Below, piece by piece: positions 35,412 through 48,650 of a DNA stretch of 64,000 bases. Made by a program: the position numbers and the translations under genes. A model generated the notes under the pieces. That model ran no database searches. It saw only the letters and a list, made by a program, of their open reading frames with translations, and was not told where the DNA came from. The stretch spans positions 20,956,001 to 21,020,000 of the forward strand of contig NC_047067.1 of NCBI RefSeq assembly GCF_902459465.1. The letters run 5' to 3'. Source of the DNA: Asterias rubens. Lineage: Eukaryota. Numbering within the stretch: the first letter of the stretch is position 1; every line of letters starts with the position of its first letter.

Positions 35412-38400
35412 TGGGGGATCCACTGTCGGCAGCCTGACTGTGGTACAACTGTAAGGTTTAGGCCAGGATTTGCTTAAAAGGGTGCCAACATTTGCTGGAA
35501 ATTTTAGAAATGTTATTTATATTTCTAGATGATTTCTAGTTTTAGTTCCTACATGTTCATTTGTAAGTCAGTGCTGCTACATGTAGTCCATTGATGTGTT
35601 TGTTTGTTTGTTTATTGTAGTGTCTGTCCGTAGGTACGGGAACAAAAGCTCTTGCTTCACCCTAGGCCTAAATGGTGTCCTGTTTTTGTGAATATTTATC
35701 CCCGCCCTGTGTAAATTGTTAGTACTTCTCTAGTTCGCCTTATATACTTGTTTTCGTGTACCTCCATTTTCATGACTTCCATTTGTATTCATGGCAACAT
35801 TGAAATAGATGTTTTATCTATGTAAGAACTGCAGTCCAAATAGTTCACTTACAATATATTTACATTAATATGAAAGATAAAACAGAAATCCAACAGACAC
35901 CCAGACACCCCTCTGGCTAACACTATGTGCATCTGTAATCCATATTGCTGATTAGAAACGTATTCTCTCTGTACGATTATTCAATGATGGCTACAATCAT
36001 CAGATTACAAAATATAAACAAGATGGGTCATCTACTTAGAAGAGGGATCAATTCTTGGGATCAATACCTTTAGACTGTAATTAACAGTCATTAACAGTCA
36101 TTAACAGTCACAAGACAGTTAAAATCATTTTTAAGGTCAGCCACTTTAAAAGTGACTTTTTGTCGCTATTGGCTTTCCCTGCCAGGGTTCTTGTCTTTTG
36201 TTTCGTCTGTAGTGTTTTGTGTTCCACCCCCACTGGAGATGTTTCCTACACAATCCTTATATCTGCCCGCGGCCAGGCCAGGCTTCTCAGTAATTTGCTA
36301 GTGTTTTTGCATATTTTTAGCTGTTCTCTTTCTATAACCATTGTATTGCTTTTTCTTGTAAATCTTTGATGTGCAATTTTTTAATACATGTTTGTGTTTT
36401 TTTCATGTTTGCTAGCAAATAAAATGAAATGAAATGAAATGAAATGAAACACACTAAGAGGGTATTACACTGTCTGTCATTTCTACATCAAGCTCACATT
36501 CCATCATTTGTTATGTAACTACATGAGGAATGTTGATCATTTCATCTCTTCAATGTGTGCTGAGCATATAGGACAACCAGGCCTGGCTGCTGGTACACAT
36601 TGTAATGCTGGCCAGCTGAATCAGTCAAAGAGGGCTGTTCCAACATGCACCATCTCTCCCTCTGCTCTATCCTCCATCCCTGCTGGATGGATGGAGTGCG
36701 TTTTATACGAAGAGTTGGATTTAATATACAATATAATATAATATATGATTTACTGCTAACCTTGTCGCTCAATGTGACAATATGACAAGCCAGTGGATGG
36801 AGCCTGATGCAGAATGGCACAATATTAGGCCTAGGATAGCCAGAGGAAAAACCTGATCAAAGGAGAATTTTAGTCTCATCAGGTATTCTAGAGCCTGGGG
36901 GTTAGGTAGGGACAGATAGAGTTGCATGGCCAAGGAGTAAAAAGTGACATGGAGGAGGGGGGGGGGGTCGATGTAATGGATTCATAAATGGACTTATAGT
37001 ATGTAAATGTTAAGGAAGCAAAATAGGGTTGCTTTTTTACCCCTCATGTTTTTTATTTATTTTTTATTTTAAAGAAATAATTATCTCCTGATTTCTTAGA
37101 ATTCATGATCTGTAGATGTACATCCTTGGGTTTAAATTATTTGGGCAATCCTTTCCTCAAATACAGAAATTGTTAAATTGAGTATCTGTGATTTATTTAT
37201 TTATTTTAGAAGCGAGCTGTCACCATCTTAGTCATGTTCCCTTTATGTAACAGCAAAACTAAGTGCAGATTTTCATCATATGATAAAGGGCACAGACTAT
37301 TGTGCTCCTTCAGCATACTGAATTGCATTGATTCATTTGCTTTCCATTCATTCATCAATGGTTTAGTTATATTTACAAGTCAACACATCAGCCAAGTAAA
37401 TTAAATTAAAAAAAAACACGACCAGGATGGCTTCTCTTTTCAACAGAGTTCGTACTAAGAATAAAGCTTCTTGAACAGCGATCATCCCTAACATTCCTTT
37501 CATGTGAATGTAAAAGTTAATCACTCTACCATCTTGAAAGCACAATAAAAATGAAAATGCTCCACTCAATCCAAACAAGAACTCTAGTTACAAGCCCCTC
37601 CCTGATAATAATGCTTAAGATATTACAGCTGAGATAACAGTCAGTGCCACCTCGGAAAGCCAAGAAGAAGATTTCATGACAAAAAAATCCCCGGAAGCGA
37701 CTTGGCTTCTCTCTTGTTTGCTGTAATCTGGCAAAGCTCTCTGACTCTGAAGATACACAGTAAGAACATGTTAAAGTGCTGCGCGATGACAACATATGAT
37801 TCGCTTATCGTCATGCATTAACCACTGACATTTATGTTGAAGAAATAAAAAAAGGGCTCTTGATAAGGGCGCGAGATTGCTGACTGACTCTTTATGAGGG
37901 AGTTATCAAAATAATTATCACTTGGGTAGTTAGATATCTATAAAAGGCCATAAAACACTGGCTCTATGATTTAGAATTACGTTAGTGCTGCGTCAAACAG
38001 AGTGAACAAGTACGACCCCTTTTATGTGGATGCTAAGTAGTACAAAATTAGATGAAGACAAGAGCATTGGATGTGACTTGGGGCTAACTGGGATCATAGA
38101 GCAAGACTGGGATCTGTATGGAAATAAATCAGACCTGGGTTTAAAGGGGGAATGATAAGCCAGATATTAACTAAGGCTCATAATTCTGCTTAGCGAAACT
38201 GTCCAGAGCCCTATTTCATAAAATTGTAAGCAGGAAATAGTGCTTGGAAAATTTATCTGCCTACCCCGAATTGACGGGGATACAATCTCGCTTTGAGACC
38301 TTTTCCTGCTAAGCAACATTTGCCTGTGCTTAGCGACTGCTTTGTGAAATTAAATATACTGCGATAAATCACAGTTAGAAAAGGATTATTCACAAGACTC

Positions 38401-39949
38401 TTAAAAACACACCCACTGATTTCTTTCCTACATGGTTTTGTGCAAGTAATCCTTAAAAACACGAGGGGTACATTAGGCTTTTATATAAAAACAATAAATA
38501 AGCCTAGAAACACTTGAAATATAGGCTCTCCAATCCCTCTTATAAAACAAATCTGAAGAGCACCACTACAAAGTAATGTGGATATATTGCATACGTGTAA
38601 ATGTTAATATATTTGGTATTCAGACGTGACCCGGTATTGAGCACGCTTGGCCGTGTGTATACCCTGTACTCCTGTCAAGATTCTACTAGGGTTGCTATGC
38701 AAGACTTCTGGGTATCCATGCATAATGAGACCTGCCGTCCATGAGCGAAGGAAAGAGAGTCTGTATTTGTGAACTGTGGCGGTAATTTATCTAATTATAG
38801 GCTCCGACTTCAAGTGGATCATGTTGTATAGACCTTTATTATTATAACAGGGCTGCCATTTTAAAATTGTAAACCAGACTAAGGCTGTATTTGAATTGAT
38901 GGCTTGCTGTGGCTATTCCAAGATGGCTGAAAAGTCCTATTCTTCAGCATTACCATGTAGCCAACAGCCTTAGCCAATTGCTGTAGCCATGGAGGTAGCC
39001 CACAGCTATAGCTGTAGCCAGAGTCATTGAATACTGATGCAGTGGAAGGCTGGAAGGGTAAATAGTCTGGTCCTTATACTGCTAATGAGAATTTGGTATT
39101 GCACATGGGAACCAAGACGAGGTTGGCACTACATGTAGCATTATAGTCCAAAAAGGAAAGTTACAAAATTTTCTTTTTTTCTATATCTGATAAGTATTCA
39201 TTCAAATCCTATTATTCTTTTTCCCCTGCATCATAAAACCACAGCGCCGTAAAAATACCAAGAATACTTTATCTTAATGTGTACTTGTATTTTTGCGAGA
39301 ACATATCAGCACTCGCAGGGTTTCACAACGCTTATTGAAGATGTCTTACAAAGCAACTTCTTAATTTTGACATCTGTCATGTTTCCCCAAGGTTGGTGGC
39401 TAAAGATTTTGTTATTGATGCTTGTTGCAACCACATCAATAATTATTTTGAAACAATATGGGTTATTATTGTTGCAGCGTACTGTCTCGGTAAAGGGCAA
39501 CACTGATTCCAGGAAGATAATCATGTCTTCTTCCTTAAGCCTTGGAAGAGTAACTTCACAGATGTCTGCTAATGTTTAAGGGACTGTTTCAACGAACCAT
39601 AAAATGTCACCAGGAATGTCGTTGGTTAATTTATGGGGAATCTAGAGTGAGAGATGTACATATATGGGCCTGTTTGGTGACAGCTTATAAGCAAACGAAT
39701 AATTTGACAGATTTGACTTTGGGAATCAGTTAAAACTGAGCATCTGAAATAGTTCTGACTTCAAAAATATGAATCATGGTCTCTGAAGGCCACATAAATT
39801 AACATTTCAACATGTTCTGAATTATCACACACGAAATATGCTGTAAAAATCAGAGAGAAATTTGTGTAGGTTGATGTGTATCTATAATGATAACAATTTG
39901 GGAGACTGATCATCTTTGGTCATTCACAGTTTGATAAAGCTGTGACACT

Positions 39950-40470
39950 TTTGTCCTTTTAAAAGCAAGACACCTAACCATTGCTTTTTCCTTCGGATGC
40001 GACTGTGTAACGCATGTACATTGTAAAAGAACCAAATGCACTTATCGAAAAGAGAAGGGGTTGGCCCCAGTGAGGTGGTAAATAATTGGGTCTCTGAATT
40101 CATCACTGCAATAACCTATCTTTCTGAAAGTTTGTATTTATACTCAGCGCCTTGAGTACCTTTGTTTGGTAGCTACATGCGCTATATAAGACGCCGATAT
40201 TATTATTTGTTATTACTATTATTTGTAGCTGAGAAGCTGTATTTAAAAGGATGCCCCGAACAACATGTCAAGAAGCATGCATGAGATGGAATTTGGCATC
40301 CTGCTTCATCAAACTGTGAATGCCCTAATAGCACACCAACAGAAGGAGGGCCCGGAGAAAAACCCTTGTGGCATAGGATAGAACCATCACACAACTCTAC
40401 TCACATTGCCTTTGGCAGGAATCGAACCAGGGTCTCTATGGTGACAGGCAAGAGTTTTATGCACTAGCCA
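39950..40470. mobile_element. Two adjacent SINE remnants (+ 3' part ~39950-40215; - copy ~40235-40470)
   Basis: First ends gcgctatataag...tattattatt like the 11024 SINE; second has reverse-strand B box (ggaatcgaacc). Confidence 0.6.
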
Positions 40471-43400
40471 CCTATAGACTATAGTTTCACGATGTGTGTC
40501 TAGAAAAGGAGACGCAAATGATGCAATACAGAATTGTGAAATCCTTGATCAATTGTCATGTTTTAAAGGGAGTCAACTTCAAACAGAAACCATGTTTTCT
40601 GTGACTAAACAAGCAGTAAAAAAACAAACACACATGGCGTTACAGAAGACCCAACAATGCCCAAGCACAGGTTATTAATGCAAGATTACTCAAAGCAACT
40701 GTATGCAAATCATCATCCCATCACAATCTGCCATTGAACACTGCCAATTACAAAAACTAGGGTTTCAACTGGTAAATTATTGTCCAAATACTCAAATCAA
40801 AATAGTTTCTTACTTCATTGCCACACTTGCTGATGTGCAGTACATTTTACATAACACTTTAGGCTATAACATTTCTTGTAAAACAGCTGTTATTATTGGG
40901 CAACAAAAACAGCTCAGTCCAACATATCTTGTTTACATTATGTGACTATACAGGAATAGGCCAAGTTACTGATCTCACCTCCAACCCCCCCCCCCCCTCC
41001 CCCTCCAAGTCACTTGAGATACCTTTAGCAAGATTCACAAATAGTAATGGTTATTTTAACACTAGCCTCAAACAATTAGGCAATCAAGTATACATGCAAG
41101 TGTATCCAGTCACACAACCACAAAGATACATTCAAAGGGAGCAAGACTTGAGGCTATTTTTGTCCTCTTTATATCCCCCCTCTTCAATTCTCCTAAGACG
41201 TAATCACCCTGTGGTCATATTGTCTGGTTCCCTGTACAAAGTAGTAGCTATTGTGTGCAATGATTCACTCATATAAAGGGTTCAGACTATTTGTTGCCCT
41301 TAGCCTCACTTCGGTTGTATAAATAGAAAAAGGGATGATTGCTTTACCAAGATAGAAATCTTAATTCCAAACCAAGGAGGTGATTGATGGCCAACTTTCT
41401 TGGAAGACATGCCTGCTTTCATATTTCCTGAGGTCCAATAGTAAATCAATGGGCAAACCTTTTAACTGACTTGAACAAAAAAAAACAGAGATAAGATGTC
41501 ACATCCAAGATAAAATCTTTCCCTTCAAATTCTAACAGAAAGTTTTGTGTCTCACAGAATTATTTAAAGACTGGAGAACAGTAGAACGCCTTTTTAAAAC
41601 AAAAACACACTATAATGAAAGGAAACGTTTAGGCCTACAGCAAAGTGTGTTAACAATTGCATAGAATATCCAACCATTTAAGTACATTTTTGTCTTTAAT
41701 TTGTTTCGCTTTAAAAACTTTCATTGTTAATGTTTGAGATTTAATTGGATTCAGAGGGAGTTAAACCTACTGGAATGAACAAATAAAGTGCCTAAAATGT
41801 CAAATATTACGCTTGTTTCATTCCTAAGGGGCAACTAATTGACATTGAGAAACCGCAAATCTGACATAATGACAAATTATAGCCTTGTCAAACTTCCCAT
41901 TTTCAAAAGAGTGCAAAACAAGTTTACTCCAGCACAAGGTCATAATATGGCATCTTATCGCTGAATCAAAACCAAGACAATCGATCGATCAACTGAATAT
42001 AAGCTGCCTATGTTTTCTAGTCCGAGGGTCCCTGCTTTTTCTTAGAACAAGGCCACCACTAGTAACTTAAGGCACCATTTTCTCAAAACAACTGAGGGCT
42101 ACCTCAAAGCCACAAAAAAATAAACCCAAACCCAGAAGCACAAGATGAAGTTCCCTCAAAGTGCCATGACAAAAGTTCAAGTCAACATCTTCTAGGCGTA
42201 TTCTAAATAAATTTTCCCTCGCGTCCAGGCGGGAAAAGTGTGCATGGAAAATCTACCTCAAACAAATTTTATTTTTATATTTCCTTGCACTACAATCTTG
42301 AGGGAAGTTTTTGTTTATATGCGTGGGTGAGGAACTGAGAAATGTTCACTTTTAAAGAAAACAACTACATTTTAAAATATAATTTATCACTGGGAAAGTA
42401 TAACATTGAACTTTCAAGGAAATATAGAGACGATGACTGAAAACTAGGACTGGTATCCTGCTCATTTCTGCTGAGCAGAAATTTATTCAGCAAAACTTTC
42501 CACTCTATGACCAGTGCTTAAACAGTTTTTACTAAGCAAACTAAATGAGTAAATAACCAGTTGCAATTGGTATTTTACAAGTATTTTGGCTGGTTTTCTT
42601 AGTAAGCACTGTTGCTTTATGTATTGTTTATTTTCGCGCTTATAGCAACAAACATACCTTCACTTATTGTTCCGAATAAGTGAGTAGAAAGACAGAGCCA
42701 GGAGTCCAGGAAAACGCATCCTAGAAACTGGCACTTTGAATTTCTCAGCCTAGCTGAGATGACCCTTATATGCTTTATATCTTAAAGAGAGTCGCTGTGG
42801 CCTGTGTTGCAAACACACCAATTCAGACTATGGGTGGGCTCAATAAGGCGGTAAATCCTTTTAGGCGTGATGCTTCGGGACAACACAGCAAATGAAGCTT
42901 ATGTAATAATCTATTCCCCCAACCCCACTGCCGATAAATTGAATTCCTTAACAGAGGAGGGGAGACGCTTTTTTCACCCAACTCTTGTTTAGTGCTTTTT
43001 GCAGATTCTGCTTGGAATGTTTTGTTGAAGTGTGCTCAATCAAGCTAAGTGCAATATGTTACAACCAAGACAAGACTGGAAGGTGTGTTTGGGGAAGGGA
43101 AGGGGAGGGATACAATAAGAATCAACCATCAAAGAGATTGGGTTGAAGCTACACACTTGGAACTCTCTACCACTTAATCTTCGATCTTGTGTTTGTACCG
43201 CAAAATTCAAGTCTCTTCTCAAAACTTATCTTATGTCACAGGTTTTGTGAAGCACGGGGGGGGGGGGGGGGGGGGGTGCTTTTTTCCAGATTCTGACACT
43301 TCAAAATGGAAATATGTGCCTAAGAGAAAAACTGTATATAACCAGTAAGGTTTCAGATAACTTAATCTCAAAATAATCATGTACTCTTGTCTTCACGTCA

Positions 43401-44401
43401 AAGACTGCATTCTAACAGTCAATTGCAATTGGCTGACTCCACTTTGCCTGATAACATGCTGACCTACAAAACGTAACGATAAGTGGTTATTACAGACACT
43501 TAATTATGCACAGTTCAAGCGTAGTCACAATTTTTACGCTTGGAATTTCTTTCCCTCACACACAACTGCCTCCTTCCTAGCTACACTGCTAGTAAGCACT
43601 TTGGGGGGGGGGGGTGTAATTAACCATATTGTACATGGTAGAGTGCATAATTTATTTATGCAAAACACTATCATACAATACTGTGTTTCAATATTGTACA
43701 GCCTATTTTTGCCTGAAAAAATATTTTATAATTTTAATTTCAAACTCCCCTTGACTGATACGATATGAATTCAAGTCATTTGGAAGAAATTATTTATTAA
43801 ACATGACTATTCAACTTCAAAACATAAAAATATTCTATATATCTTAAGATTATATTTCAACTTTGGCTCCTTGCAGTCAGCTTAGATCTGATCCCATAAA
43901 ATCACTGGAACTAAAGGCTGGATGGTTAAATAGCCAGTTCCCTTTTTTCAAAATGAATTCATTGTTGTTACTGGAAGACAGGGAACTGGACAATGAGCCT
44001 CTTCTCTTCTCACTCTGCCTAATAAGATTCCAAAGGTAACCGTTCATGACAGTCCAGGCACGCCATGTTCCTTACCATGGGTCTATTTATAGCCGTGTGA
44101 AGATACTTATACTGTCAACAGCAAAGTACCAAGCACTGGTACAAAAAAGGAACGATTCTAGTGGAAGTGAAAAACAATCTCGACTCTGGACACCACAGAT
44201 TGTTTCCTGTTGGCACAGATGACAAGTGCGTCTAACAGACTTCACCAAATTGTTGCCCCAAAAATAAAACTGCATGATGTATTCACAGAGAGAGAGAAAA
44301 CAACAATACACCAGTCAAGACAATCTTCTTTTCTAATAATAAAGTACATCAATATATCCCCCATTTTCTATATTGAGTTTTTAACTATCCTTGTCAAACT
44401 G

Positions 44402-44462
44402 CAAGTGGTTAGACTGCAGGACTTGCAATCACAAGGTTCTGTGTTCGAATCCTACCAAGCCT
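44402..44462 (+). mobile_element. tRNA-like SINE head fragment
   Basis: gtggttaga...gttcgaatcct A/B-box pattern with no acceptor stem. Confidence 0.55.
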
Positions 44463-47400
44463 ACAGCTGATTTCACAATGACTACAGAATATGTAATGTT
44501 GTCTTGTTACTGAGTCACAATTTCTTAATTTGTGCAACTCATAATATAGTCACAGACAACCAACCAATGTTCGTAATAAGAGAGATTTGCTGTTGCCAGC
44601 TTGGTGTTTATATTCCCTTGTGGGAATTTACTGAGATCCCTTGAACTTTGAAGATGTGTAAACAATCAAACAAACAAACAATCTTGAGACTGGTGAGGGA
44701 GTAAATCCACTAGGTTCAACAGCAATGTAATCACACCATTTTCCAATGAAGACCATGTTGTTTTTTGATCTGTGTGGAAGTATGGTTGAAGTCATTCCAG
44801 GTAGTGTGCTTCCTCCCTCAAGAACTCAGGAACAGATAAAAACCCAAAACATCCTCCAGAAGGACTTACAACTGAAAAACTTGGAAATGAAACATTTATG
44901 AGTTCTCAAAACCTGCATGTCATGCATCTAATTCAAAGAAACTCCCATTCATCGAGACCAGATTTCCATGTACGTAATGTATTTTTGATGAAGAAACTCA
45001 CCGTCTATTATATTTTCTAAAGCTCTGGTTTAGGAATTACAAATGATAACTTGCAAAGTGGCGGAAATGACGGATATGACGCCAGCAATTGCTTATAAAT
45101 TCTGTTTCAAGGTTATTTGCCGCTGGCATTGTTAAAACCTTGGGGAAGGCCCATGTATATGTACATGATCATAAAGGTTCAATATTACCATGCTAGTCAA
45201 ATTATATGTAGTAGCATGTAATATCAGAGACTCTCCAATGAAATTTGAGGGAGATCTATTTAGATTTTCCCTGCTACGTTCTAGGTAGATGAGCGTGGCG
45301 GTGCAAACATAATACAACCATCAATCAACTGAATTCATTTCAGCTGACAGTACGGCTACCATGGAATGATTGGTGGGTTCGGAGGACGCAGACAAAAATA
45401 CAAAAAAACTGAGGAAGATATTTTGTTGTTATTGTTTTGGGTCTCATTTTAGAAGTAACAGATGGTCATTTGAAATGAAATGCTGACATTCTCTTTAATT
45501 GAAGCCATGAGATTTACCACACACAGTGAAAGTTATGAAGAACAGTTATTTCATTTCAATCAATTGGCTGTGAATCAAATTTGTCGCTGTCTTGTATCCT
45601 GTGTACAAAAACAGGGACCAGCCTCAATTTGATGATATAAAAGAAGTATTTGCTAATGTATTTATAAACACAAATTCTAAAAATTACAATATTCAAATAA
45701 TGTGAAGTTTCCACTGACTTTTTAAAGATTTTCATTAATATACCGATTACAGCAAAACTACAATTATAAATGAATCATCTGTTCTGACACATTCAATAAT
45801 TTTTCTCAAAAAATAACATTGTATAATCAGAGCACATTATAAAAGTGTACAATTCCATGATTCATTGACCCTTGTTGACCATTGACAATTACATTGCACC
45901 ATTTCTTATCAATTTGGAGCAAACTGGAAATACACATCGATTAGAAATCCATGTTTTTATCGAAGGCCTTGTAAGAACTGGTGGCAGCAACTGCGACTAT
46001 GGCTTGGTCATCATGTTAACAAGCACTGATGCTTATGTTAAAGCACATCCCTTTGTAGAAATCACTGCCGCCATTTCAGACACAGTCTAATATCCCCCAA
46101 ATCAGATTCCATTTCTCAATTAAACGAACTAGAGGTGGGGGGGGGGAGGAGGGGGAAGACAGATCAACCCAAACTTAAGGAGATCATTTTATATCTTGTG
46201 GCATTTTAACACAGATCATATTTCTAAGTAGATATCCTTCCACCAGTCAATTCTGCCCAGCATGGGGTATTCATTATAGAAAGTTGACCTTGATTGAAAC
46301 AAGTAATAAGTAATCACCACATCTGGCAATACCGAACTGAATTAATCTTCGACCTGAAAGCCCTACTTCTAATATCCTCTTCACTAAAAAACTGGAATCA
46401 AATCCTGGTCATGCATCACAAGAAAACAAAGCGGTAGAATTTTAAGGAGAAAGAAAACGATGACTGCAATACTCAAATGCATTCTCTAAAAAACACTATG
46501 TCTGAATTATTGAGCACAAACTGACTCTGTTAACACAACTAAAAGTTTAAACGCCAATATTAAGAGTCCAAAGTCCAACAGACTGGTCTGTAGTCCTACA
46601 ACTCATTAAGCCAACGCATCTCTCTAACTCTCCTCCTCACCCCCCCCCCCCCCCCCCCGACAAACCTTGCACAGTTGGATGCATGCAGCAGGCTAGTCAA
46701 ACATATGACGTGGGGTTTTGCGTAAAGTGGACGTGCCGTGTGTACTTAAAATAGTCTGAGATGAATACCGGTTAGAGAGAGTGTTTGTCTACACGCACAT
46801 CCCATCACACCAGCAACAGCCGACAACAGTTTGTTCTATACACTTTTTTAATTACGTCTAATTTTTGTTGTTGGTTTAAATCAGAAGGGAAAATGGCTGT
46901 GGGGCATCTGACTAAGTGAGTCTTATGATGCGTTCCTTTTTCAAATAGTTGAGTCCTAATGAAAGTGTGGGGAAAGTTAGGAGTCTATTACCTCAAGTCA
47001 TACAAAAAAGGTGTAAAGCGTTGTTTTATTTTTTACTCTCTCCGAACAAAATTTTAAATATAATGTCATTGAACATCAAAAACCAATGGGTGTGTACATT
47101 CAAACGAGGAGTTTCTGCACCAGCAATGAGCTCAAATTCAATGCTATCTTGATTGAATATCATGAGAATTTAGGAATGACCTGAAAATTCTCTGTACAAA
47201 AAAGTACAGACCATTGAAATGTGATGTCATCAAACGCTTGCGAAATTAGACCAAAATTGGACTTGAAGAATATCACAGAGAGGCATTTTACACAATTGTA
47301 AAGTGGGTAAAAGACTTTGAATCCCCCCTCTCAATTTTCCCTTAGGACTCTTTCCCCAAATTAGTATCACACAACCAATTTTGACCTTGGGCACCCTTTT

Positions 47401-47966
47401 CAGAAAACTAACAAACCATTTCTCAATCCAGTTCTCAATCATTGAAAGCACTGTATAATCCTGTCTGAATTGAACACAATATAGTATTGTCTATTTCACA
47501 AGAAGGCACCGATTGAACTCGAACCCCATCCAGGGGTGACAATTCATGGGTCCTGGTTTCTTTTGGTACCCTGGTATTCCAGAGTCTTACCACTAGATTT
47601 ACAGACTCTCTACCCAACTACAAATATGGTAAATTAGAGCCTTGGGACAAATTGAAATCTTTCAAAGTTCAAAAAGCTAGGGGAAAAAAAACAACAGAAA
47701 TAAGTTTAAATCATTACAAATCACAGACCTTGCCATCTAAGAAATATTTTCAAAGACTGGATATAAAAAATTAAAAATAAATCTGCTACAAAAACTGTTT
47801 GAACCAAACCAAAATAAGTGTTTGTTAGTCCCTTGTTTGCTTAATAATCAACTCGTTATTGATATGGTTATTAAAAAAAACATCAACAATTTAGAGATGT
47901 CTTTAAATCCCTGCTGTAAACTACTAATAGCAGCTACTCTCTACAGCATTTAAAAAGGTTTCTTAC

Positions 47967-47990
47967 CTTTCAAAGGGCTTAAGACCTCAA
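47967..47990 (-). CDS. KALRN/TRIO: Candidate 24-nt symmetric microexon ((V)EVLSPLK)
   Basis: tgcatgtttttttttataag acceptor, AAG|gtaaga donor, phase 1-1, in frame with 51058 and 32361 exons. Confidence 0.6.
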
Positions 47991-48561
47991 CTTATAAAAA
48001 AAAACATGCAGAATAAATATAGCTTTATAGTAAACGAACCAGCTACATCACCTGCTAACATAGAAATTCAAACTACACAGCATATATCTGTGCTTTGTGA
48101 CGTGACAGCCGATGCTATATAGTTACTATTATACTTCAAATGCCTGAGTCTATCGTTTCATCGTGACGCTTTGTGCCCATTAAACTAGAACGATAAAACA
48201 CTGATTCTCGGGATTATGTATAGATTTCTTACATGTGTTACAATCACTGTTGTCAAGAATGGGTCACTTGTGGTGATTGCTCCAAATGACAGATAAAAGA
48301 AAACATAAGGACAGTTTCTTATTATTGACTTGTCCAATGCTTGGTAATACTTTTCATTTTATTATATCATATTTCATATTTCATTAAGCGTCTAGCAAGC
48401 GCCACTAGTAACAGGATGAACTACAAGCTACAACCATGGAGGAAGAAAATATAACAAAGTTTTGTTTTAAAAACATGGTGTTCCGCATAGACATACCACA
48501 ACCCCAAGGACTTTCTGCACTGACCAATAAAAAAGTTATCAATATAAACCGCCAATGTATA

Positions 48562-48650
48562 GGGCTAGATAGCTCAGTTGGAAGAGCGCCGACACATTAT
48601 CCGGAAGTCGTTTGTTCGAATCCCACTCTGTTCATCTTGGTTCAACCCAA
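48562..48650 (+). mobile_element. tRNA-derived SINE head (not a functional tRNA)
   Basis: tagctcagttgg A box and gttcgaatccc B box; acceptor stem does not close. Confidence 0.7.

Noticed and set aside
42658-42720. AAG|gtatgt donor with upstream ATG
   Set aside because: ORF terminates (TGA) just before the donor.
44076-44311. Exon ending in ATG|gtaagg (a similar ATG|gtaagt lies near 49390)
   Set aside because: Phase 0 does not match the 47990/32361 acceptors; no other support.
44995-45131. Strong ACG|gtgagt donor with upstream ATG
   Set aside because: The ATG frame stops before the donor and the phase-1 frame has an in-frame TAA; at most a non-coding exon.
48562-48640. Possible tRNA gene
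   Set aside because: A and B boxes are present but the acceptor stem and cloverleaf do not close; it fits a SINE head.
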